A DNA stretch of 64,000 nucleotides from Chiloscyllium plagiosum (taxonomy: Eukaryota), in NCBI RefSeq assembly GCF_004010195.1, contig NC_057759.1:4866657-4930656 (forward strand). Reading direction: 5' to 3'. Positions within the stretch are counted from its first letter, which is position 1. Every line of letters begins with the position of its first letter. Shown piece after piece: positions 25,691 through 37,800 of this stretch. The position numbers and the translations under genes are program-made. The notes below the pieces were generated by a model. It saw only the letters and a list, made by a program, of their open reading frames with translations. It had not been told where the DNA came from and did no database searches.

Positions 25691-25810
25691 TTACTTCCGC
25701 GGAATGTTCATGTAAACGTTTCCATCCTCTCCGTCATCTTCCTGCGAGGGCTTGCTGAGGTCCAGTTTGGCGTATGTGATACAAGATTCATCAGGGTCAG
25801 TCTTTGAATC
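25691..25810 (-). CDS. Gene A terminal coding exon ([39 protein letters not shown]) with ITIM ITYAKL and YMNI motif
   Basis: Acceptor ttccattgcag|GAT, phase 0, TAA at 25693-25691. Confidence 0.85.
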   Translation of the reverse strand, partial: DSKTDPDESCITYAKLDLSKPSQEDDGEDGNVYMNIPRK

Positions 25811-28800
25811 CTGCAATGGAATGATATTGGAAGGAAATTGGAATCTAGTGGGAGCAAGAAGCTGAAGGGGAAGGAGAGGTCAGTTGGGTTACAGGTAGCA
25901 GTGAGTCTCAGAGGAAGATGGGAGTCACCATAAGGCGGTTCAGGGCTTGCAAGTTAGAAATCTTGGCAAAGTGACACTGTCCCAATCTCTGAGCCAGGCG
26001 GGCAGAGTTCAAGTCCCACATGCTGCTGTGGTGTGCTATGTAGAGATAGAAGCTGGAAGGTGATGTGGGAGTGGGACAGGACTTTGGTGAGGCCAACGTC
26101 TGCACTATCATAAGGATGTGATACACTGGAGGGGATGCAGAGGAGATTCACCAGGATGTTGTCTGGGATGGAGCATTTCAGTGATGAAAAGAGGTTAGAT
26201 AAGCTCAGCTTGCTTTCTTTGGAATAGAGTAGACGGAGCTGGTTTGATTTTGTTTCCATTTACTTATGGGACGGCATCGCGACTGGGCCCAGAATTTGTT
26301 GCCCTGTCTCCAGTTGCTCTCCTGAGCCACTGTACTCCCACCTTCTGAAGGTTAACTCACAATTCACGTAGGGAGGGAATTTCTGCATTTAGACCCAGCA
26401 ACCCTGAAGGAACGGCTGATGTATTTCCAAAGGATGTTGAGTAGCTCACTAGGGTTGGTGTTCCCGTCTGCTACCTTTGTCCTTCTAAGTGGAATTGGCT
26501 GCGGATTTGAAAGGTGCTTTCTGAGGATCTTTGCTGACTTCCTACAGTGCATCTTTTAGATGGTACACATTGCTGCTACCAATTGGGTCCAAATGACAAC
26601 GGCCTGGCAAGTATTTAACGTCAATATCAGTGATGTTTTAATACTGTACGAAAGGGAACTGGAACATCAACACCAATATTGCCCCAACTTTGAAACTCAC
26701 TTGTCTCTGGGCATTGGAAGTGGAATGCGAAACATTGAGAAATTTACTCCATTGAGAAAGCGTTGCCGGTTATTTTCCATGTGTTTAAAAGCACATACAA
26801 ACTTGGGAGGGAGGGGGAGCAGAGAAAGAGGATGCAGAGATGCGTCAGTGTGATTTGGACAAGTTGAATGAGTGGACCAATGAACGACAGCTGCAGAATA
26901 TTGTGGATAAGCGTGAGATGATCAAATTGAGAGCAAAAACAGGATGGTGAATTATCTGAATAGTGATGGATTGGGAAAGGGTGAAGTGTAACAAGGCTGG
27001 GTGCCCCTGATACACCAGTCACTGCAAGTGAACATCGCAGAAGCAGCAGGCTGGCCTTCAGAGTGAGAGGATTCGAGACCAGGAGCAGTGATGTCTCGCT
27101 GAACTTGCACCGGGTGAGACCACATCCTGTAGTACTGTGTGTGCAGCTACTGGGTCTTCTTATCTGAGGAAGGACGTTCTGTCTATGGGGAGGGGGGGGG
27201 GGTGGGGGTCTGCAGGGAAGATTTCCCAATGTGATTCCTGGGATGGCAGGACTGACGGATGGAGAGACACTGGATTAGTTAGGATTATATTCACAGGAGT
27301 TCAGAAGCATGACGGCGAATCTAATAGAATTGTAACAGGACTAAACATGGTGAACACAGGAAGTGTGTTCCCGATGAACAGGAGTGAGTACAGAACCTGG
27401 GGATTACAGTCTAAAGGAGACAGAGTAGTACTAAGTTTGGGAGTAATGTCTTCACCCAGAGAGTGGAGAGCCTGTGGAGTTTTCTGCCACAAAAAGCAGT
27501 CAGGGCCAGAACACAGGATGTTGTTTAGGAAGGAGTTGGATAGAGTTTTTAAGGACTAAATAGAGAAAATGGGGGAACAGGAGACTAAGTTGGATCATTC
27601 TATTGAATGGGGAGAGTAGTCTGCAAAGGCTGAATGGCCTACTCCTGCCCCTACTTTCTATGACGTATGCTTCAATTAGTCTGATAATAATCAGCAGTTG
27701 ATGTTTTACATTGTGGATGCAAGGTATAAATCTACCGTACTTTCTGTGGCAATAGCCGTGGTCTATTTAGACTTAAAATGTAACATACCTTCTTACCATC
27801 GGTGGAAAAAACAATACTCTTCCCTGGAAATAAAATACAACAAGATGAAACTGATCTGGACCCATCGAAGGCTGATCAATACTAAATACAGAGCTGCATC
27901 TGTTGAAATCATATCTCTGCTTTTGTCAACTTTGAAAAAAAGAAAAAAGAATCAGTGCAACGCTTTCTAATTGGATTCCGAATTTCTCAATCAATCCCGA
28001 CACTGCAAAATATCGCATTTAGAAAATTCAGCTCTGTTAAAATCGTACAATTGGTTTTTCTGATAAATAAGACGGTTTATCAGTTATTAGGATGCGGGTC
28101 AGTGCAACATCTTGAACAGGCCATCTTAATCTCATCAGCCTTTGTGTCACATGCCCAGTTGTTCAGAAACGACTATTCAGGTTGCATACATTTTGGTTTT
28201 AACTCCTGTATGTTGCTAGTTCAGTGTAGTTCACCTGGTTGGATGGCTGGAGTTTGCAATGCATTTGCCAACAGCATGGTTACAATTCTAACACCAGCTG
28301 AAATTACCCTGAGGAACTCTCCTTCTAAACCTCTCCTCTCTCATGATGCATGATGACCGGCAAATTAATTTGACAATCCTCCCACTCCTCTCTCCGCCCC
28401 CCCCCCCTCTCTGTCTTTCGCTGTCTAATGAGAAAACAGGATAATGGCGTGGACGAAAATGACATTTACAGCTCATCCCCTGACACGGTGACTGAAATGA
28501 GAGACAGATCTCATTATAGATAAGACCAATTCCAGTTGAAAATTAGTTTATGGGTGTTGAGAAGCATCTGCATGATAATTGTAAGTTCAATTCTTTGAGC
28601 AACAATATAATGGGCGGTGCTTTTATTTTCTCTGTCATCTCAAATTGGTGAGTGACAATATTTAGCCAATCGGCTTTAAGCATTATGTGACAAAAACAGG
28701 ACTTGCTTTCTGTCTCTCCACAGATGCTGAGTTGCTCTAGCATTTTCTGGGTTTATATGCTGCAAAACTAAATCTGTTTCTCTCTCTTTCTCTCCACAAA

Positions 28801-31800
28801 CGCTGCCAGACCTGCTGAGTTTCTCCAGAAATGTCTGAATTTGTTTGAGATTTACAGTATCTGCAGTTGTTAGCTTTATATGAAAATGATCTATAATTGC
28901 CTCAGTGAAGAATAAAGTACATATCCCACTGCCATTCTCATACACAGAATGTATATAAATGTGCAAAAAGTGATTCTGACGCAACTACTATCATAACCCA
29001 CCCACCAACATACACAACTACATCCATCTCTAATTGCTCTTTGAATTTGTTTTGGGTCGCTGACAACATTTAAATGATCTCTGAATTCTTTGCCTTTACG
29101 CCATTGACAGAAGAAGAAAGGGACAGAGCAGATCAGATTGGAGATTGTTTCTGATTGGCTGGAGCTTCCACTTTCTCAGCCACTGGGATTGTGCTATTGT
29201 TGGAGCTTCAGTAATCTCACCCCCACTGATCTCCCCCAATCCCATCTCATACATTCATAGTATTGAAGAGAAGAGATCTTTACCAGGCTCTGTTCCCTTT
29301 TTGATGGCGACCTCTGAATAAACCAAACCCGCAGTGGTGTTTTCTACAAAGAAATAAAGTGTAACAAGAAACACACATCAATCTGAGCATTATGTGACAA
29401 AAAAGGATTTGCTTTCTGTCTCTCCACAGATGCTGCCAGATCTGCTGAGTTTCTCCAGCACTTTCTGGGTTTATATTCTGAAAAGCTAACTCTGTTTCTC
29501 TCTCTTTCTCTCCACAGACGCTGCCAGACCTGTTGTGTTTCTTCAGAAATATCTGAATTTGTGTCAGATTTGCAATATCTGCAGTTGTTAGCTTTAAGCG
29601 AAAATGATCCATAACTGCCTCAGTGAAGAATAAAGTACATGCCCCACTACCATTCTCATGCACAGAATGTATATACATGTGCAAAAGGTGATTCTGACGC
29701 AACTACTATCATAACCCACCCACCAACATACACATCCCTCTCTAACTGCTATGTGAATTTGTTTTGGGTCGCTGACAACATTTAACCCAACTCTGAATTC
29801 TTTGCCTTTACCCTATCGACAGGAGAAGAAAGGGACAGAGTGGATCAGATTGGAGATTGTTTCTGATTGGCTGGAGCTTCCACTTTCTCAGCCACTGGGA
29901 TTGTGCTATTGTTGGAGCTTCAGTAATCTCACCCCCACTGATCTCCCCCAATCCCATCTCATACATTCGTAGTATTGAAGAGAAGAGATCTTTACCAGGC
30001 TCTGTACTCTTTTTGATGGTGACCTCTGAATAAACCAAATCCGCAGTGGAGTTTCCTACAAAGAAATAAAGTGTCACAAGAAACACACATAAATCTGACA
30101 GCTTCGCTATAAAGGGCTAAATGATCTATAGATCAAATAGAGTAGATAGATACGTAGGTAAGAGAGATTGTTAGGCAAATACATTTTAGACTGAGATAGA
30201 TAGGAGCTTGATTAGGAAGGGGGATGAAGGTTAATAGTGAGAAAGGAGGAGAGTCAGGTTGAGGAATATATCAGACCCGATTAAGGGGGAGGAGGTGCCT
30301 TGATAGGCTGAATTGCCTAATTCTGCTCCCATATCTCACGTCCCTATGATCTTATCTAGATAGATCGATAGATAAATATGTATACAGAGACATTTCATTA
30401 GAAATCATTAAGTTAGCCAAGACCTCTCTAAAGACTGCTGTACAGGAAACGTGCTCCTCTTCATTATTATTTGCTCAGGCCACATTTGGAGTATTGTGGA
30501 TTGTTTTTGTTAGCCAGGCGAAAGTGAGGACTGCAGATGCTGGAGATCAGAGTCAAGATTAGAGTGGTGCTGGAAAAGCACAGCATATCAGGCAGCATTC
30601 GAGGAGCAGGAAAATCGAAGTTCTGGGCAAAAGCCCTGCATCAGGAATGTGGCAGGGACCCTCCGGGGTGGAAAGATAAATGGAGCGGGGTGAAGCTGGG
30701 GAGAAGGTAACTAAGAGTATAATAGGTGTATAGAGGTCGGGATGAAGGTGATAAGTCGGAGAGGAGGGTGCAGCGGATAGGTGGGAAAGAAGATTGGCAG
30801 GTAGGGTAGGTCATGAGAATGGTGCTGAGCTGGCAGGTTGGAACTGGGGGAAGGTGGGGAGAGGGCAAATGTGGAAACTGGTGAAGTCCACATTACTGCC
30901 CTGGGGTTGAAGTGCTCCGAGGTGGAAGACAAGGTGTTCTTACTCCAGGCGACAGGTGGTGAGGGAGTGGCGGTGGAGGAAAACCAGGACCTGCATGTCC
31001 TCGGCAGTGTAGGACGGGGAGTTGAAACGTTCAGCAAACACCCTGGTGGGGTTGGTTGGTGCAGGTGTCTCGGAGATGTTTCCTAAAGCGCTCTGCAAGA
31101 AGGCATCCAGTCTCCCCAATGTAAAGGAGACCGCATCATGTGCAATTGGTACAGTAAATGACATTGGTAAATGTGCAGGTGAAACTTTGAAGGATGTGGA
31201 CGGCTACTTTGGGGCCTTGGATGGATGTGAGAGGGGAGGTGTGGGCCCAGGTTTTGCAATTCCTGCGGTGGCAAGGGAAGGTGCCAGGAGGGGAAGGTGG
31301 GTTGTTGTTGGGCGTAGAACTTACCAAGTAGTCACGGAGGGAACGCTCTTTGTGGAAAGTGGAAAGGGGTGGGGAGGGAAATATATCCCTGGTGGTGGTG
31401 TCCATTTCGAGGTGCCAGAAATGTCAGCGGATGGTGTGGTTTATGCAGAGCTTGGTAGGGTGGATGGTGAGGACCGGGGGGTTTTGTCCTTGTTGTGGTT
31501 GGACGGGTGGGCTTTGAAGGCAGAGGTGCAGGACGTGGATGAGATGCATTGGAGGGCTTCCTCAAACACGTGGGAAGGAAATTACGGTATTTCAAGAAGG
31601 AGGTCATCTGGTGTGTTCTGTGGTGGAACTTGGTCTTCCTGGGAGCATATACAGTCCAGGTGGAGGAATTGGGAATATAAGATACCTACCAGATGATGTG
31701 GAAGCATTAGAAAGAGTGCAGAGAATTTTCACTAGGATGTTGCCAGCTCTCAAGGACATTGGCCAAGAGGAAAGGTTAAATCGACTTGGATTGTTTTCAC

Positions 31801-34800
31801 TGGAAAGACAGCTTTTGAAAGGAGACCAGATAGAGATCTACGACATTATGAGAGGCATATATAGGGAAGATAGTGAGAGGCTTTTTCCAGGGTTGATGTT
31901 TCAACTTACAAGGGGGCACATTTCAAGGTGAGAGGGGGAAAGGTTTAAGGGAATTGTGCGAGGAAGTTTTTCACATAGTAAATGGTTAGAGCCTGAAAAG
32001 CATTGCCAGAAATGACCGTGGAAGCAGGCATGTTTAACAGGCCTACGGGTGGCCACATGAACAGGGAGGGAATAGTGGGGTAGAGACCAAATAAAGGCAT
32101 GAGGTACTTTTTTTAGTTTGGTTCGGACATGATCAGCACAGGCTTGGAGGGCCGAAGGGCCTGTTCCTGTCCTGTACTTTTCTTTTGTTCTTTTCTTTTC
32201 ATGACCCCCTTTGAACCTTCCATCGAGAAGGAAACGTTATGATCAGCACAGGCTTGGAGGGCCGAAGGGCCTGTTCCTGTCCTGTACTTTTCTTTTGTTC
32301 TTTTCTTTTCTTTTCATGACCCCCTTTGAACCTTCCATCGAGAAGGAAACGTTTCTTCCTGTTATCTTTTCTAAGCTCCTTATCATTTTGCACATCACAA
32401 ACATGAAGCAGTTCGCATTTTTGGAGGTTTTATGGATTGAAATTTTGGGCATTGAAAGCGGGGAAGCAGGGACTAAGTTGGATGTTCAGCCACGATTCTA
32501 TCAAATGGGCAGAGCAGGCGAGAAGGGCCAAATAGCCTATTCCTAGTTGCTATAGGAACCAGAATTTGAGTTGGATGGTTAGCCATGATCGCAATGAAAG
32601 GCGGGGCACGCAAAAAGAGCTGAATGGCCTACTCCTGTTAACTACTTACTGCATAACACTTCAGCCACCGCAGCTCTAAGGAAATCGGCCCTATTCGAGC
32701 CCGTCCAGAATTTATCCAGAATTTCTACCAGGTTACAGTACACTCTGACTGTGTGGGGCTCTTTAATCATACCGTTACAATGACACTCACCAGCAGTGTG
32801 TGCTGATCCAACTACTGCATACTCCAGATTGCTGGCTGCTGCCCCTTCACCAGAAGGTTGGGATCTAGTTACAGTTGAAAGGAGAAGGAAAGGAAGTCGT
32901 CATTTCGAACACAATGCTTTCAAAACCATGTTCAAATTTAAGAAAACGGCAAAGCTATCAAACAAAATAAAAAAAAAACTCAGTGAGACCTGGTATTCCC
33001 TGGTCCCATGTCTCTGGTTTCCATCCAAACATGGAGTGTTCTCACCCTCAAGGAGCTGCCCAGTTCTCTATCTTGTTTTCACTCTTATCCTTTGGGGAAG
33101 GTGATCCGCCGTCCTTACCTGGGCTGGGCCTACATGCGACTCCATATCCTGGTTAAATATTACTGCTCTCTGGGGCACTTAGTGATTGACAACAAATGCT
33201 GTCCTAGCCAGTGACAGAATCATTCCCGATAATGAATAGAAGTTGTCTGGGACCTTACTGGAGAATAGTATCCTGGTTTGTCTATAAGACCTAGGTTAAA
33301 AGGATGCAGTCATATCCAAGCTCCCTCTATGACTTCTTCGCTTCTGTCGTCTCTCCCTGATTGAGAGGAATCGGGATAAACAATGGCAAATATAAAAACT
33401 GTAGTTTCAGTCACTTACTTCCTGGGCTGTGACACAGTTGACGAATTGCCTGCAGGGAAAGAGAGAATATTCTCAGCATCATTTACAGTAGCTCTGCACT
33501 GTCACAGACAGGAGCTGCCAAAGCGTTATCTCAGTCAGAAACAGGGAACATACAAATCAATAGATGATAATTGTCAAGCCTGTCTTAATGCATTAAACAG
33601 CTTAACATATAGCAGCTGTATAAGTTTAGGGTGATGGGTAGGGCTAGTGTGAGGGGTAGGATTCTGATAACGGTTAAGGTTAGTGTTAGGGTATTTCGTT
33701 TAAGGTTAGAGTTATGGTGAGGTGTATGGTTTGGATTAAGATAAGGGTTAGAGGCAGGTTAGGTTTAGGGTTAGGGCCAGGGCTAGGGTTAATTTTCGGA
33801 TTAGCATTAGCTGTTTCGTTAGGGCCAAAGTTAGAGTTAGGGTTAAGGTTATGATTGAATTACGATTAAGTTTAAGGTCTGAGTTTGCGTTAAGGGTGGG
33901 ATTGAGTCTATGGTTAGGTTTAGGGTAAGAATTAAGGTTGAGCTAGGTTTAAGTTTAGGGTTAAGCTTCGGCTAGGGTTCAATTTACGGGTAGGATTAGG
34001 TCAGCCTGCCCAGTGGATACTGAATAAATTTAAGGAATATATAGACAATGTTTTAACGAGTCATAGTTTAAAGAGAGTGAGGCATTAAAGTGAAGTTGAT
34101 CCAGATGCATTGCCCTAAATGACAGAACAAGATCTTGAGGTGCTGAATGTGCTCATCCTGTTCCCGACTCTCATGGTCTTACATCTCTCCTCTTCTCTGA
34201 GGTGCTTTGACATAGAGTGGTGGGGTGTGGTGGGTCACAGTTACCCGACCAGCAGGCTAGCGTTATGAGCACTCTCCCTCCCGACTGTCAGGAACACGAC
34301 CTACTCCAGATCCCGACCTTCACCTCCTTCCCCCGGCTCTCCCATTCAGCTGAAAGGTTACATTGTGTTGGGGGGTGGGGGGGTAGCACTGTCATGGTGT
34401 GAGGATGTGGAACAAGTCCCATTCCCATGGAATGTTACAGACCTGTGTCCCTCCAGTGGATGTAGTACCACAACACAATCAGGCCAACCAACAGCAGAAC
34501 TGGGAGGAGCGACGCCATGATTTCCTTGGAATAACCCTGAGCTGGAATCCAACAAGAATATTCAGCTCACGTTAACAAATTCACCAGGAATTTTTATCAC
34601 ATCACCCCTGCAAGAGGTACACAGTTAATATCAGACTGACCAACACCTACAGATATGTAACTCCCTGCCAGCATAGAGGTATCGAGAGTCTCAGAGTGTG
34701 GCAGAATTTGCCCCACTGAGCTACCTACACCAACCTCACTTTCCCACACTAACCCCACTTTCCCACACTAACCCTCCACAGCCTTCAATGTTATGACATT

Positions 34801-37800
34801 TCAAGTGCCGACCCAAGTACTTTGTGAAGGTTGGGAGATTCCTGCTCGGCAGTATGTTCTAACCCCCAACACCCTTTGGGTGAAACAATCCTCAAATCTC
34901 CCTTCAAACCTCCCGTCCTTCAATTTAAATGACGTTTCCATCCTTAACATGGTTACTGACCCTTTTACTAGGGGAACACCTGTTTCCTTTTTCCCCAGTC
35001 CCTTCCCCGTTATGTTGTGGCTGTACAGGACATTGGTTAGGCCACTGTTGGAATAGTGCGTGCAACTCTGGCCTCCTTCCTATCGGAAGGCTGTTGTGAA
35101 ACTTGAAAGGGTTCAGAAAAGATTTACAAGAATGTTGCCAGCGATGGGGGATTTGAGCGATTGGGAGAGGCTGAACAGGCTGGGGCTGTTTTCCCTGGAG
35201 CGTCAAAGGTTGAGGGTGAGAGGGGAAAGATATAAAAGAGACCTAAGGGACAACGTATTCACACAGAGGGTGGTACATGTGCGGAATGAGCAACCAGAGG
35301 ACGTGGTGGAGGCTTGTACGATTGCAACATTTAGAAGGCATTTGGAGGGGTATATGAATAAGGAAGGATTTGGAGGGATTTGGCCGGGTGCTGGCAGGTG
35401 GGATTAGATTGGGTTAGGATATCTGGTTAGCATGGACGGGTTGGACTGAAGGGTCTGTTTCCATGCCGTACGTCTCTATGACTCTATGGCTCTATATCTA
35501 TTGGGTTCCCCCTCAGCATTTCCTGTTCCATAGAAAAGATTCCAAGATTATCCAGCCTCCCACTGTTCCTCGCTAAAATCCAGCGAACATCCTGGTAAAT
35601 CTAATCTGCACACTGCCCTCTCCATGAGGCATTAAATTCCAGTTTTTTATTGCATTCAAATTCCACCAGGAACAAAACCCAATACTATTCGGGATCAATA
35701 ACCTATGTTAATACCACCCAGCTATCACCTCCCCAACTGAGATGGTTAACAGTTTCTGATTAGCACAGACTGGATGGAGCCAATGGTCTTTCTCTGTGGT
35801 CTGTCTATGTTCAATCTGAATGTCAATGTTACCTCGTAGCGTGAATTCGATGTAGTCGCTGGTCACATTAAAAATGGTGTGGTTGGCTCCTTTGTTGATT
35901 GCTGCACAGTGATACCTTCCGACATCATCTCTCTGGAATGAATGAATAACCATCTCACCACCGTCGGCAGTCACTTGGTAGCTTGCACTGCCGTTTCTTA
36001 GCGACATGTTGTCACGGTACCAAACGAACTGGGGCTCTGTGCCTTCCCTCACCCGACACCGGAGAACAAGGCGGTCCCCAGATTGTATCTCAGTCCCGTT
36101 AATGAAGAAAATTAGCACAGCATCTCTGACAGGAACTGAGGAGAAAACACACCGTGACAAAAAGCATGGAGTTTACCCATTGATTCAGACCCACTGTTGG
36201 AACCAGTTTGACACAATGGTTTTAAAAGAGAGTTACGGAATTCGATAGATTCAAAAAACTAATGCAACGGATGGATGGCATTAAACTGGAGAGAATACCG
36301 AAGAAATGTACAAGGATATTGCAAGGATTCAACACTCTGAGTTTCAGGGAGAGGCTGGTTAAGCTTAGCTCTTTTTCATTTCAAGTGTAGGAGACTGAGT
36401 TGATATCACAAAAAAGTGTGTAAGATCTTGGTTGGGGTGAATTAACTCAGTCTGTTTTCCTACGTTGTGGAGTCGAGGACTAGAGGGCAACAGTTTAAGT
36501 TTCGACAGGAAAGATTAAAAGGGAAACCTGAAGAACAACTCTTTTACACATCGGGTGTAACGCATATGGAATGAGCTGCCAGTGGAGTGGCAACACTTAA
36601 AAGTCATTTGGACAAGTACTTGGATAGGAGTGGTTCAGAAGGATATGGACCAAGTGCAGGGACATTGGGGTGGACATTTTGGTCGGCATGGACCAATTTC
36701 AGCAGAAGGGCCTGTTTTGTTACTGTAGGGCTCTATGATTCTGATGTGCCGCTGTTGTTTCAGAAAGTATGATGCTGGAATATGTATAGTTGACGTTTCG
36801 AGTATAAACTCTTCATCGCATTCCTGATGAAGTTTTTATGCCCGAAACATCGACTCTCCTGCTGCACGGATGCTGCCTAACCAGCTGTGCTTTTCCAGCT
36901 CCTTACCTTTTCACTCTGATCTCCAGCCCTCTCTCAGTCTCTGTGTTGCTTTAGTCAAAGGTATGGCGTTCAAAAACGAAGCACCAGCTTTGAGTTGGTC
37001 TCAGCAGCAGTTTTCCCGAGCTGATGGTTTAGTTACTCTTTGGGAGAGAGTCCTTGTGAACTTACCTATCACTGCGATCTCTATGTCTTCACTGTGTTGA
37101 GGGCCTGTCACTTCATTTCTCACTGAACAATGGTAATGCCCTTCGTCCCTCCTGCTGATAGGCCCGATGTTGTAAACAAGCTCAGTGCTGTTGGAAAGCT
37201 CCCTGTACAGTTCCACACTTGAGCTGTTGTAGAATTGGTAATAAATCGGCAGAGAACCATTGGAGACTGAACAGATTAAGGATCCTGGGTCTCCTTCGAT
37301 CAGATCCTTTTCGGGTTGAATTATTAGTTCCGGTTTTGACACTGGAATTCCTGTAATCATTGATCATTGCATTTGGCGGAATTAATTGCAAACTCAACTA
37401 TAAACATCACCACAGTCACACAAAAATGCATATCCTTTTGTTTTTGTTCATTCTTTGGATGTGGGTGTCACTGGGTACTCGAGTATTTATTGCTCATCCC
37501 AAATTGCACAGAGGACATTCGATGGTTGTTGGGCTGCAATCAGCCTTTGGAATTGAATTCAGATTCTCCCATATGGTATGGTGGGATTTGAGCCGATTCT
37601 CTGAATTTTTAGGACATAGAATAGTACAGCACAGGGACAGGCCCTTCAGCCCATCGTGTGTACGCATGATTTGGATGTCATTCTGTACGAATTCCATCTG
37701 ACTACATGTGGTCCTCATCTCTGTACTCCCTACATATTCAAGTGTCTGTCTAAATGCCTCGTAAACATTGCTATCACATTTGTTTCTACCAACTGTTCTG

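Larger units (their letters stand above)
28678..30097. repeat. Tandem duplication of a ~710-bp intron+exon unit, each copy carrying an ITIM exon
   Basis: 28678-29385 aligns to 29386-30097 along its length; exon offset is 712 bp. Confidence 0.92.
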
